Below, in pieces: positions 28,347 through 42,800 of a DNA stretch of 64,000 nucleotides. Position 1 is the stretch's first letter. Each line of letters begins with the position of its first letter. A program made the position numbers and the translations under genes. This stretch comes from Eledone cirrhosa. Lineage: Eukaryota. The stretch lies in contig OZ024741.1 in the NCBI GenBank assembly GCA_964016885.1, positions 296,422,001 through 296,486,000 on the forward strand, given 5' to 3'. Under the pieces are notes generated by a model. It saw only the letters and a program-made list of their open reading frames with translations. It searched no databases and was not told the origin of the DNA.

Positions 28347-29379
28347 TAGTAGAGATAGAGAGGTTAAATATATATTAGATATTTTACTGACATCAAAGCA
28401 GGAAAGGCATCAAAAAGATTGAAAAATATCTGAACTTGGCCATGATAAATGAAAAACTACAGTACATGTAAGTAAACATTTGGGGAAAAACAATGACAAC
28501 AACACCAACAACAATACATGTGCTAGAAGTGTTAGTACTGAACTGAAAGTGGTAGGGTTACAGGAATTTGCTCTCATATTTTTCAAGAATCTTTTTCAAA
28601 GTGCTTGAGATTTGAGTAGGAGGCTTGTTGACCCTATATATAAGATATGGCTCCATATGATCATCATAATATTTTGTTATGATAATAACAATGATTATAA
28701 CAATGGTTTCTAATTTAGGCACAAGACCAGCAATTTTGAGGGGATGGGTAAGTTGATTGACAATGATAGAATGAAAAGAAGTTGAATGTGCATGCGTGTG
28801 CGTTGAGCAATGAAAACAGAAGACAAAGTTTAGTACTTCATCAGTTCGTTGTTTTACAATCATTTCAGAATGTTGATTAATCATGATAAATCGATATAGT
28901 GACTAATCAATAGTAGTCATGTAATCCCAGTAGTATCGACACCCTAGATCCATCTCACTGTCTTCTTCAGAAACAACACACACGTGTGTGTGTGTGTCTG
29001 TGTCTGTGTCTGTGTGTGTGTCTCTCTCTTTCAAGAATTGCCATCCCTTCACCTTTTTCTCATATATGGGTGGCATGAACATGACTTTTTAACCCGCCAA
29101 GGACTTAGATTCCTTTCTGCATATGCTGCAGCAAAAGAAAAGACCATGCTCACACAATACATATGAAAGTCGTTTAGAATCCCATTATACTCAGCTCTAA
29201 TACATCTTTATTCTAAAACTTATTAATTTACATCACTATTAATTCAATTACACAAGTCTAGTAATAAATATAACTACAATCTCCCAAATATATCCCTGAT
29301 TTTAATATATAATTTCAAACCAAATTTTTCATAGATCCATGATCTTCTTTGTATGTATATGTCCATACATATAGTGTAA

Positions 29380-29598
29380 CTCTTTAGCATTTACATTACT
29401 CTATATTTACTATTGTATTTTCATGGTAGACATTTTATTTCACATAATTATCTCACAATATCTAATCTACAAGATTTTTTATATTGTTTATTTTGAGAAC
29501 AATATCTTAACATCAGTATGAGCAGCTGGTTATGGCCAGTTTAAACAGAAAGAGGTGACAAATTCTGACTGGATATGGCCAGTTTAAATGCTAAAGGG
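29380..29598. mobile_element. piggyBac-like MITE
   Basis: GTAA|CTCTTTAGCATTTA ... TAAATGCTAAAGGG|TTAA. Confidence 0.65.
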
Positions 29599-30320
29599 TT
29601 AAGTTTACACACACATTATTTATGGTTATCTTTCATTTCTAATCTAATCCAGGAGTAAACCTGTTGGAGGAACCCGTCCCTGGTTGACTTCCATTGCTTT
29701 CTGTTTGGTTTTGGTCATGTTAGGGGTGTAGCTGTACTAACTACACATGACCAATTTCAGGTTGGTGAGGCTCTTAAACCCATAGTTGAGGTGGATGGTC
29801 ATTGACTGAGGAGTTCCTTTGCCCTTTTAATAGCTTTTATTTTTTTGTGCTGGTTGGGGAGCCTGTTTAGTTGCCAACTACTTGACCATGTAGTTAGCTA
29901 CACATTTTGTTATTCTTATTCTGCAAATATCCCTTCACTGTGAATTATAACTTTACTCTATTTACTCTATTCTAGTCAATTTTTATGAATCCACCAATCT
30001 TTCTGCATTATTCTTCATTATTCTTAGCGATGGATTGGCAGTATTGGTAGAGGGTCAGACGCCATGCTTTGCAGCATAGAGTTACAGCCATTTATGGTCC
30101 AAGTTCAAATCCTGCCGAGGTTAACTTTGCCTTTCATCCTTATGGGATCGATAAAATAAAGTACCAGTAATGCACTTGGATAATTGCTGGCCTTGTGCCA
30201 AAAGTAGAAACAATTATTCTTGACTCTTTTACCATTCTTGGATTTTCCAATATATCCATTTTTTTTCTCTCACTTTCCAAAACCTATTCTCACAAGCTAT
30301 GCATTGGCCAATTTTATATA

Positions 30321-30889
30321 CTCTTGGGTCCCAAATAATGGGGGGGGGGGGGGGTAAGCAGGGCTGAGCGGGGTTGGAAAATCGGTAATTTTTCTAGGCT
30401 CTCTCCATTGATTTAAAAAAAAAAAACCAGAATTAGTTGTATAATTTACATATTGAGACCCCAAACCATCATATTTATTTTATAACATATGGGATTTCTA
30501 GTACAGTTGAAATTCCGTTATAACAAATACCATTGTAATGAATTTTTCAGTATAACAAAATTTTTGTCAATCCCCAAGGTAATAACAAACAATCACTCAA
30601 TTTCTTTTAGTCGATCTTGTTATAAAGATTTTTTCATTACAACAAATTTTTTTTTATACCTCATGAATTTTGTTATAATGGAATTTCATTGTAATATACT
30701 TTTTTTGACATGTATAATGTTTTTTAATGTCTAAAAAAAATTAATTATCACAGGAATGTTACCACCTAAAATAAAATTTCACTGGAGATAGATTAGTAAA
30801 ATTTAATAAGGGGGGAGGGGAGAATAAGAGTGGTGAAAAAATCTGAAAAATTAATAAGCGGGAGGGGGAGGGGATTTCGAACCCATGAG
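30321..30889 (-). mobile_element. Second copy of the 27795 MITE family, inverted, with a nested pogo/Tigger-like MITE at 30504-30691
   Basis: TA|CTCTTGGGTCCCAAAT ... TTTCGAACCCATGAG|TA, interior reverse-complementary to 27830-28130. Nested element TA|CAGTTGAAATTCCGTTATAAC ... GTTATAATGGAATTTCATTG|TA. Confidence 0.78.
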
Positions 30890-32605
30890 TACCACCATTT
30901 AACCTCTATATCCAAGAGAATATTTTATTACACCAACGATCATTATATGCTACAAAACAAGTGCTTTTATCCAGTTGGAGTGAGGAAGGGAAATGTTTTA
31001 ATAGATAAAAACCAATATCTTCAAGCTATACTTAGCTCATCTGTAATTCTGACTGGCAGCAAACAAGGATATACAAATCATAGAGCCAAGGGCAATGTCC
31101 TCTAACACACTGTTCAGCTGTTCATTGATTTATGAAAAGTGGATAAATATTTATCCTGGAATTCTCATGCAGGTTATGTCATGAAAGGTAACGAACCTGC
31201 TACAAAACTTACTATGAGAGCCTACCAATATGAAATGCAAACACAGAAGATCTCTTAAAATATTAAAGAGAATCATTAAGGAAGATATAGAATTATTTGG
31301 TGAAGAACTGAGGCAGTAGATGTTGGATTGTGTGAGATAGAAAGATTTATCATGTCACCACAAAGGAGTGGATGAATTTAGTAGTAGTAAATATTCAAGC
31401 CAAAATGAGTTCTGTATGAGCAAAACAGTCATCTGATCTGACTTGTCTCACAATGGGATAACTCGCCTAACATATGCTAGCACGGAAAAATGGACATTAA
31501 TCAGTGATAATAGTGAGGATGAGTCAGTGTAAGACACTGCTACAGGGCTTATATATCTTTGAATTACATGTGTCTCAAGTGATATCTGTGTGAGACAGTG
31601 TTACAGGGTTTATGTACCTTTGAATTATAGGTACAATCCATTCAATGAGCCTCCATACAGTTTCTATCAACACAATTTCACTGGAAACAGTTGGGTTGTC
31701 ACATGGTTAGGGTAAAAGTCATTTACCAAAGAATACATGTAGTGGAACTGAACTCATGACCTCCTGATTTCAAAGCAGACATCTTTACCATATGTATGTA
31801 TGTGTATGTATGTATATATCCAATTGTAAAATGATGCCTAGAATGATTATATATATATATATGATTTAATATACAGGACTAGAACCATCTCCTTTGAATG
31901 AAACAATTCTAGTCCTGTATAAGCCCTTTCTATATTAAACCTTGTATATATATATATACTCTACTATGTATTGAGTACCATACTTACTGTTGAACCCGAC
32001 ACACACACACACACACATATATATATATTTAGAACAGTATGCGTGTATATGCATATATGTAGTGAGAGAAAACATGGAAAATTAATGAAAAAAAATCATG
32101 AAATCATGTTTGTATTGGGGGAAGTGGTGATGGTGTAGTGGTATGGTGTGTGGGTTGGAGGGGAGGGGTGTAAAGTGGTGAAGTTTTGTGAAAGTACAAT
32201 AAATGGGATTTAGTCACATGTAAATGAGTGAGAGTGATGAGGGCATGATAGCAATGGTGGTGGTACTGGTGTTGGCAGTGATTGTATTACTGTTAGTGGT
32301 GGTGGTAGCAGTTACAAAAGTAGTAACGGTTGTTATTGGTACCAGGATGTGAATGGTAAATTTGTGGATATGGTGGTGGTGGAGGTCATAGTGGTTATGA
32401 TGGTGATTGTGATGGTGGTGATTATAGCAGTGGTGGTGGTGGTGGAATGTATCTAGAGGAATGCGTGGTTAGAATGACCTGTGTGTGTGTGTGTGTGCCG
32501 TGTAGGTGGTGTGCTATAAGAGTGAACACTTAACTGGTGACAATTCACTTAAATATGAGTAACCACTCAACACTCAGGACATACTTCTTGTATAAGGAAG
32601 TATGC

Positions 32606-32946
32606 TTGCATGTGTTATGCGTGTGTGTTATGTGTGTGTGTTATGCGCGTGTTATGTGCGTGTGTTATGTGCGTGTGTTATGTGCATGTGTGTTATGTGC
32701 GTGTGTTATGTGCATGTGTGTTATGTGTGTGTTACGTGTGTGTGTTATGCGTGTGTGTGTTATGTGTGTGTTTATGCGTGTGTGTGTTATGTGTGTGTTT
32801 ATGCGTGTGTGTGTTATGTGTGTGTTTATGCGTGTGTGTGTTATGTGTGTGTTTATGCGTGTGTGTGTTATGCGTGTGTTTATGCGTGTGTGTGTTATGT
32901 GTGTGTTTATGCGTGTGTGTGTTATGTGTGTGTTGTGCGTGTGTCT
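32606..32946. repeat. GT-rich compound minisatellite (TTATG(C/T)GTGTG units)
   Basis: Direct reading. Confidence 0.9.
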
Positions 32947-33178
32947 ATGAGTTCATGAGAACAAAAGTATTTATGTGTGTATATATGTCTATGTATGTAT
33001 ACATGTATATATGTATCTGTGTTTGCATGCCTACATGTGTTCCCCGCTTTCAGAGATTATTGAAGTAATATTTATATAATGCAATACCAGAGTGTCCACA
33101 CACAGACTGACACATGCACACACACACACACTGACACACACTCACATCACACACTCACATCATCACACACACAATCAT

Positions 33179-33214
<36 letters not shown>

Positions 33215-33961
33215 GACACACACACACATCACACACACTGACACACACACAAACACGCACACACATCATCACACACACACGCATCACACACATACACTGA
33301 CACGCAGCCAGAGCATTACATGATTTAGACAGACAGAGCACACACAGTCTATCTACTCCATGTATTGTATCCTATATCCCAAAATCTTTTAATTTGCATT
33401 ACACAATTATTCAACTTACTTTTGTCAATTTGTGACACGGAACATTCTTAAAACTGACAGCCCCTTTTACTGTTGACAAGAGAGAGAGAAAGTGTGTGTG
33501 GTGTGTGTGTGTGCGTGCGTGCGCGTGCGCGTGTGCGTGTGATGGGGTGTGCGTGTGTGTGATATGGTGTGCGTGAGCGTGGCAAATGCATAAAGAATGG
33601 TTTGTACTTGTGATGGTGTTGAGGCTTGATACATAAGGGCAGTTATTATAGTGCAGGGACGAGAGCAGGAGACAGTGACCCTGAGAAGTCAGAGGAGGAA
33701 GAGAAGGAAGAGAAGGAAATATGTACAAGAAGGTCGTGGAGATTACAGGTGTGCTTAAAGGCAATGATGGACGGGTTACGAAAGAAACAAGATGTGAGTG
33801 TCAGAAACGAGGGTTTGGAAGCAAAGATGGATAGGGTACAGGGGTGGTAGGTGAGGGGAAAAGGAAAGCGGGTAATGGTGAGGGTGGTCTCAGAGTGAGA
33901 GAGCTGTTATGTGGTTAGTTGCATGAGCGCATGTAAGAGTAGCATATATATATATATATAT

Positions 33962-34560
33962 ATCATCATTATTGTTTAACGTCCATTTTTCTACACTTTT
34001 TCACTGTCACCATCACAACCACTTTACAGAGTGGACTGAGCACTTTTTGTCATGCCACCAACACAAACACCATCCAAGATGGATTGGGTACTTTGGGTTT
34101 TGTTGTGGCACCAGATCACCAAACAGGATGGATTTAGTGCCTTTTTGTTATGGGAACAGAATTGTGGGAGATCAGATGTAGAGCGTGTACAATGCTTACA
34201 TGTGTGAGTTGGACAGGAGAGATGTATCAGGGGTGAAGAGTGAGTTATTTTGGGGGGGAAAGACAAATAAGAAAGTTTGACATGGATGAGGTGTATGGGA
34301 TACTTACATGGTGGGGTGGGCATTAAGACAGGGGAGGGTGATGGAGAGGGGTAAAGAGAAGATTGGTGCAGACTAGTACCATCTACATGTGTTTCATCCT
34401 GTGCACATAGGAAGATGGATGTTCTGCAGTTTAGCACAATGCTAGAGAACTCAATCCTGTGTCATCCATTTCCTTTGTGAGGTTTAAAAGGGCAAGATCA
34501 GCTTTTATCGCTTCAACCCAAGCTTTCCTAGGTCTTCCTCTTCCCTAATTTCTGTCAATT
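33962..34560 (-). mobile_element. RTE LINE 3' fragment (C-terminus, 3' UTR, (GAT) tail)
   Basis: Minus strand GRGRPRKAWVEAIKADLALLNLTKEM; ends AAAAATGGACGTTAAACAATAATGATGA. Confidence 0.7.
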
Positions 34561-34594
34561 TCTTTATATGTATATAGTTAGATAGATTAGATAG

Positions 34595-34647
<53 letters not shown>

Positions 34648-35651
34648 ATAGATCGATAGACTAGCCAGCAATCAGACAGACAGACATAAAGATTATATAT
34701 TGATTTTTTTGAGGACTGGATTTGGTGAAAGAAGTTATGGAGTAGACATAGCAGTAAAAAATCGTTTTTAAAAGTGATTTGTATTAAAACAACCTTATGT
34801 ATCGATGACAGAAGTTAATATAAATGAAACTACCATTGGTTAGATTCACTTCTAGTTGTTTGATTGATGGCCAACTTTGTAAGATCGGTAGACACCATGC
34901 TTTCAGACACCATGCTTTCTAGCATAGTTACGTCCCTTTACAGTCTGAGTTCAAATCCCGCCGAGGTTAACTTTGCCTTTCATCCTTAAGGGGTCAATAA
35001 AATAAAGTACCAGTAATGTACTGGGTAATTGCTGGCCTTGTGCCTAAAGTAGAAACAATTATTCCTAAATGGACAGATCTGCCTCCCTCATGGTTTACAT
35101 TTTACATAAATAGTTTTCTTTTATTCTCTTACCGACCACAGTCTAATGACTGTGGTCATGCTGGGACACCATCTAGGAGGGATTTAGTCACTTATTTCTA
35201 GCTCTTTGTTGTTGAAGCAGTAGCCAAATTGCATTCAAATTACACACTACTGTGTGTAATTTGGAGAGATGTTGTGCTGAAAAGGACCCATGCAAACATG
35301 GAAAAACAGTTATGATGATGATAATTCATTTGAGGATGGAAAGGACTTAAATTTTGTTGCAAAGGGTTTCTTAATTAAATAGTTTGACAATCCCTGATAT
35401 ACAATAAAGATAACAGACATATTTTAAAAATAACTAAAACAAAATAATGATGTAAGAAAATATTAAACCAGTTGTTTCCAAGCTTATTTAACCAGGAAAC
35501 ACTTATACAATTTCCTCAAAACCCTTATACAATTTTCCCCAAATCATAGTACTCCTCAACCTATATTTTACAGACAATCCGTACAACTATACCTTTTATA
35601 AGATACTGAATAACATTTTTTAAATGTTTAATATATTAGAATTTATTCATG

Positions 35652-35695
<44 letters not shown>

Positions 35696-35756
35696 AATGA
35701 AGTAATTCCGTCGGAAAAGTCCAGGAAAAAAGAGTGCTCTATGTAAGCAACAGAGC

Positions 35757-36142
35757 TTAATTATTATTATGTAATAAACAACATAAGGCAATTATTCCAT
35801 TTACCAGTGGTTTCTTAAAAGCAAAAGGTTTGTTTTCAATCCTCAGAATGAAAAAAATCCTGGTTTGTTTATTGAATTTGGATCTTAAAAAAACAAAAAA
35901 AGCAAGCTATATGAAAGTGAGGCTGGAGAAGGAAGAAGGAAAGGAAAAATAAAATAAGACTACACATACAACCACACATACACGAAAAAACATAAAAGCA
36001 CACACACACACACACACACACACGCATACACACACACGTTATTCCGGGTTGAATTGGAGGCAGCCACAGTAAGCAAGGCACTCAGTACACCGCAGAGCAT
36101 GAAAGTTTTAATATAGATGAGAATCTGTATATGTATACAAAC

Positions 36143-36173
<31 letters not shown>

Positions 36174-36651
36174 CGCATGTGTATGCGCGCACGCACGCAC
36201 GCGTATACAAATATAAATATATTTCCCCCATACACATGTGTGTGCGTGCAAGTGTCTCGTGAATTAGATTATACTAATGATTAGGTTTCTCTTTAGCTTA
36301 CAGGTGTCTGTAAGATCAGTATGGGGTCAGTCATGGTAGATAGATTTGGAGGAAGGGGAGATTCCTTAAAAGCTAAATTCTTAAAGGTTCTAGTAAATTG
36401 ACGAAGGTTTAGGGAATTCTGTAGACATTTTCTAAGTATAATCTAATTCACGAGACACTTGCACGCACACACATGTGTATGGAGGAAATATATTTATATT
36501 TGTATACGCGTGCGTGCGCGCATACACATGCGTGTGTGTGTGTGTGTGTGTGTATACATATACAGATTCTCATCTATATTAAAACTTTCATGCTCTGCGG
36601 TGTACTGGGTGCCTTGCTTACTGTGGCTGCCTCCAAACTGTGTGTGTGCGT

Positions 36652-36684
<33 letters not shown>

Positions 36685-36919
36685 CTTTTATGTTTTTTCG
36701 TGTATGTGTGGTTGTGTGTGTAGTCTTATTTTATTTTTCCTTTCCTTCTTCCGCCTCACTTTCATATAGCTTGCTTTTTTTGTTTTTTTAAGATCCAAAT
36801 TCAATAAACAAACCAGGATTTTTTCATTCTGAGGGTTGAAAGCAAAACCTTTTGCTTTTAAGAAACCACTGGTAAATGGAATAATTGCCTTATGTTGTTT
36901 ATTACATAATAATAATTAA
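35757..36919. repeat. ~500-bp inverted duplication with a 159-bp spacer
   Basis: 35757-36275 is reverse-complementary to 36435-36919; the spacer is homologous to 47861-48005. Confidence 0.9.
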
Positions 36920-36968
<49 letters not shown>

Positions 36969-36989
36969 GGTTACTGATGAGACTTGTGG

Positions 36990-38320
36990 CCAAACAATAG
37001 TGCATTGAATAGAGCAGTTAAAGAAAAGACAAGCATGGGAAAATTGGGAAAATGGAGGCAGCAAAAATCAACAGTAAGTAACTAAAACAGAAACTAGGTG
37101 AAATGTATATTTAGCAAACAAAGAAACTGAAAGCAGGAGATCTGCCAATGTCTTGTGGCATAAGTATCCGAGATGTGGGGTGTTCTGCATCGCTAAAGTA
37201 GTGTGTCCATGATAACCATGATGTTGTTTGGGGAAAAGTGTGTTTGAAATGATACCGAAGCACTTAGCATCACTGATGCCTAAAAGAAAGAGAACTGGAA
37301 ATGTTATGAGAGGTTGATAAATGTGGAGAATGATTGACATGAAAAGAGACTGCCCCAGCTGACCCAACAGAGGGACCAGCTATTCATAGTGAAACAACTA
37401 CAAGAAGTTCCTAGCTAAGCGTAAGCCACTATATTTAGCTTTTGTTGATCTAGAGAAGCCTTTGACAGAGTAGCACAATCTGTTATCGGGTGATTCTTAA
37501 GAAAACAAGTTCAAGAAGAATAGCTTGTGAAAACAATGGTGATCATGTACAGAGGAGCTGTCAGAAAAGTGAGAGTAGATATTGAGTTAATGAGGAATTC
37601 AGTGTGCAGGTAGCATTATATCAGGGTTTGGTTCTCAACCTACTGCTGTTTATTATAGTTCTTCAGGCCGTAATAGAGGAGTTTAAGATTGGTTGTCCAT
37701 GGGAACTTTTATTTACTGACAACCTAGTTCTTATAGCCAAATGAATGGAAGAGCTTGATAAGAAATTCCAGCTTTGGAAACAGAGTCAAAAGGGCTTAGA
37801 GTAAACTTGGGAAAACCAAAGTTTAGGCAAACAGGAAAGGAGATAGGACCCTGATCCGATCAGAAAAGTAGCTCTGCTCAATATGTAGAAAAGGAGTAGG
37901 TAGTAATTCTATACGATGTATACAATGTAAATCTTAGATACACAAGGAAGACTTTATAGATAGCAGAAGCACAAGGATAGTTAGTAGTAAGAGCACAAGT
38001 AAAATAAACGTTTTCCAATCCCAATAAGGCTACATACAAGTAGTTGATAGCTTCTGTTACCTAGGTGATAAAATGAGTTGGGTAGGAGGCTGCACTGAGA
38101 GCATAGTAGCTAGAGTAAGTACAAGATGGAGGAAATTCAGGAAGTTACTACCTCTGTTGATAACAAAGGGTACCATAGAAGTGGTTGATAGCTTCTGCTA
38201 ACCAGGTGATCAAATTAGTAGGGGAGGATTCTATACCAAGATCATAGTAGCTAGAGTAAGAACAGGATGTAGAAAGTTCAGGGAGCTACTACCTTTGATG
38301 ACAACAAAAGGTTTCTCTCT
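36990..38320 (+). pseudogene. Old, decayed RTE LINE RT fragment with internal duplication
   Basis: Homologous to ~53900-55450 (FIVKQLQE, LYLAFVDLE, GCPWELLF); the ~38030-38170 segment is repeated at ~38175-38320. Confidence 0.8.
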
Positions 38321-39230
38321 AGAAAGCCTTAATTCTCCTTAACATTCTTCTCCTTTCACTCTGTATTTCATTTTACATTCATTAAAAGCAATTACAGTAA
38401 TTTTCTTCTATATTTTCTTTAATCATTATTAAACATGTATTCACTGATGATGGCTTTGTTCTGTCTATCTATCTCTCTTTAAACTGCTATTGGAATTTAT
38501 GGTTTGTTGTTATAGTTGTTCTTTTCCAAAAAGAAAGATACATGCACAGAGAGAGATGTGAGTGGGTAGGTATGTAGATAGATATCAAGCTAAAGATAAC
38601 AGCAGTTGACCACTGATTCGCTTACCAACACACACAGAGAGAAAGCTAGATAACATCAAGTGGTTGTCACATCACACTTGTGTTTTCTTATATATATACA
38701 TCATGATTACCATCATCGTTTAATGTCCATTTTCCCACGCTAGCATGGGTTAGACGAGTTGTCCTGTTGTGAGAAATGCCAGGTCAGATAACCATGTCTT
38801 GCTCATACAGAACTGATTTTGGTTTGTTTCTACAGTCGAATGCCCTTCCTAATGCAAACCAGATTTACTGGGTGCTTTTTGTTGGGACACTTACATGACC
38901 ACTTCCAGTGGAGGCTGGGGATTTTGGTGGGAAAAGTGTGAGGGGATTGGGGAGGTGGATATTTGGGCGTATGTGAGGGGTGGAGTGTGAGGTAAATAGA
39001 AGGGGATGAGGGTGAATGTGGTGCATACTAGATTTATGCTTCAGCCTGTGCTCATGGGAAGGTGGGTCTTCTGTATTACTGCATAACACCAGAGATCTCA
39101 GTCCTGTGTCGTCGCCTTTGAAAGATGCAATTGTGCAAGTTCAGCTTTTATCAACTCATATGTATATACATAATACATATATATATATATATACATAATA
39201 CATATATATATATATATATATATCATACAT

Positions 39231-39312
<82 letters not shown>

Positions 39313-39701
39313 CTCATCATAATCATCATAGTTTAATGTGCGTTTTCCATGCTTGCATGGGTTAGATGTGTCATCCACATCATGAGACAAATCTGGCCAG
39401 TTGGCTGTGCCATACCTTTCTCAGACAGAACTGTAAATTTGGCTGGGATTTTTACAGCTGGATGCACTTCTTAACACCAACCACATTTACAGTGTGGAAC
39501 TGAATGGCACTGTTATGAGGAGGGGCAGGCCAGTTGGCTGCACACAATGGAACCCTAGTTTGGGAGCCAAGCAGTCCCACTATGAAGGACGTTGGGCCTG
39601 TTGGCCGCGCAAAATCTTATTTATAAAGCAGCCATAACTTGCACATAGTGGGACTGTTACTGTATTTTGGGATCTGGGTGGTCACATTATGAAGGAGGTC
39701 T

Positions 39702-39753
<52 letters not shown>

Positions 39754-40642
39754 CATGAGAAGAAAGAAGTATACTGCGTGGTTGCACATAGGTTGCATAT
39801 GATAAAAATAGTCCTTCGTCAGTGATTTTCCAACCATCATTGGTATTTCATCGCATTACACATACATATTTATTCACACATACACACATATATATATATA
39901 TGTACATATACACATTACACACACATATATATATATATATATATATGTACATATACACATTACACACACACATGTACATATACACACACACATGTACAAA
40001 TACACACTACACACACACATGTACACATTACACACACATGTACACATTACACACACACACACACACACGTACATATACACATTACACACACACACACATG
40101 TACATATACACATTACACACACACACACACATGTACATATACACATTACACACACATATATATACATATATATATATATACACACATCTATACATACATA
40201 CACATTATATATGGTTGGCCAAAACACCACAACCAATAACTCACATCAACCATCGTTCCCCACCACCACATCCTCACTATGCTCATCCCCCACCTATCAC
40301 ACATGCCAAAACATTCCTCATAGCTAAACCACCAATCAAAGCAACATAAATGAACGTTATAGACATGTCTATGCTTTATATGTTCATTCTGTCATTACAA
40401 CAGCAGAGGTCCGACAAGCTTTTGATTCCAGAGTCGAGCCAGATCGAATCTTGAGCTGATCAATAGCGAAACGTAATGGTGGGTTAAGAAATCGTCTTTG
40501 TATTATCATATATATATATATATACACACACACGCACACACATAGTGGGGAATTCAGATTGATTTGATGCCGTAGGCACAGAAGCCAACGTACATTTTCG
40601 ATCTTGCTTCCTATAAAACTGCTCAATGGCTTGTATGTGTGA

Positions 40643-40870
<228 letters not shown>

Positions 40871-41027
40871 ATTAAGGCTAAATAGTGAATCTTGTTACAG
40901 CTGATTCTGTGATAAAAAGAGGCGAAGCTCCCGAATAACAAGACTCACTATTTAGCCTTAATAAAATGATTATAACTCTACTTCGGTATTGACTACCCTT
41001 TTCTCTCAGCTGTCAACCACATATGGA

Positions 41028-42295
41028 TACATACATACATACATACATACATACATTACATACATGGTGGCTGCCAACTCGTTTTCGAGTACGGCCACTA
41101 CTTTATATCCATGTAGGAGAACCCCTACCGATGCGCTGAACGAGTGTGACTTTTTAGTCCAGCCAGCAACTTGAAAACTCTGGTACAAACACTACACTTG
41201 TCACAATTATTGACACATAGTGCTAGGCCCATGGTACCATTTGATGACAAGTGCAGAGAGATCTCCAGATATAAAGCAATGCCTGTGCCGTGAAGCTTTT
41301 ATAGTGAGCAAAGGCACTGCACAAAGCCAGTCCCACTCTCTTAACCAAGATGATATTTACCAAAAAGAAGAACAAGTCAACATCATTGGATACCATCAGG
41401 GTTGCAGGTGTTATATCAGAGTTTTCCTTCTCCTAGAATTCTGCCTTGACAAAGGCTAAGGGGTCATCTCTCCCGGTGAATTTGGATGGCCATTAACTCT
41501 TAAGAGCTCCTTTGCCATTTGACAGGTTTTGTTTTTAGTCCTGCAGGATGGTCCAAATTCACCCTCCTCACCAAGAAAGCTTGGTGGGGTTGCTAGTTTA
41601 GTCGCCAACGACCCGACCATGAGACAGGTTGTACTGGGATACATGTTACCAGTAGCACCAACTGGTGACCTGACATACATACATACATACATACATGGGG
41701 GCTGCCAACTCGTTTTCGAGTACGGCCACTACTTTATATCCATGTAGAAGAACCCCTACCGATGCGCTGTACGAGTGTGACTTTTTAGTCCAGCCAGCGA
41801 CTTGAAAACTCTGGTACAAACACTACACTTGTGACATTTATTGACACATACATACATACATACATACATACATACATACATGGTGGCTGCCAACTCGTTT
41901 TCGAGTACGGCCACCACTTTATATCCATGTAGGAGAACCCCTACCGATGCACTCTGGTACAAACACTACACTTGTGACAATTATTGACACAGTGCTGGGC
42001 CCATAGTACCATGTGACAACAAGTGCAGAGCGATCTCCAGATATAAAGCAATGCCTGTGCCGTGAAGCTTTTATAGTGAGCAAAGGCACTGCACAAAGCC
42101 AGTCCCACTCTCTTAACCAAGATGATATTTACCAAAAAGAAGAACAAGTCAACATCATTGGATACCATCAGAGTTGCAGGTGTTATATCAGAGTTTTCCT
42201 TCTCCTAGAATTATGCCTTGACAAAGGCTAAGGGGTCATCTCTCCCGGTGATTTTGGCCATTGACTCTTAAGAGCTCCTTTGATACATACATACA

Positions 42296-42329
<34 letters not shown>

Positions 42330-42800
42330 CATACATGGTGGCTGCCAACTCGTTTTCGAGTACGGCCACTACTTTATATCCATGTAGGAGAACCCCTACC
42401 GATGCGCTGAACGAGTGTGACTTTTTAGTCCAGCCAGCGACTTGAAAACTCTGGTACAAACACTACACTTGTGACAATTATTGACACATAGTTCTGGGCC
42501 CATGGTACCATGTGACGACAAGTGCAGAGAGATCTCCAGATATAAAGCAATGCCTGTGCCGTGAAGCTTTTATAGTGAGCAAAGGCACTGCACAAAGCCA
42601 GTCGCACTCTCTTAACCAAGATGATATTTACCAAAAGAAGAACAAGTCAACATCATTGGATACCATCAGGGTTGCAGGTGTTATATCAGAGTTTTCCTTC
42701 TCCTAGAATTCTGCTTTTGGATGGCCATTGACTCTTAAGAGGTCCTTTGCCCTTTGACAGGTTTTGTTTTTAGTCCTGCAGGATGTCCAAACATACATAC
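41028..42800 (-). mobile_element. Four head-to-tail copies of a non-autonomous bipartite RTE-like element with (ATGT)n tails
   Basis: Copies at ~41064-41672, 41696-41848, 41881-42282 and 42335-42791. Each ends GGCCGTACTCGAAAACGAGTTGGCAGCC(A/C)CC(ATGT)n. C2H2 remnant CSVCTRVFKSLAGLKSHTRTAH. Confidence 0.8.

Noticed and set aside
41500-41675. HDV-like, twister or hatchet ribozyme at the 5' end of the bipartite RTE
   Set aside because: Hairpins are present but I could not build the required pseudoknots by eye.
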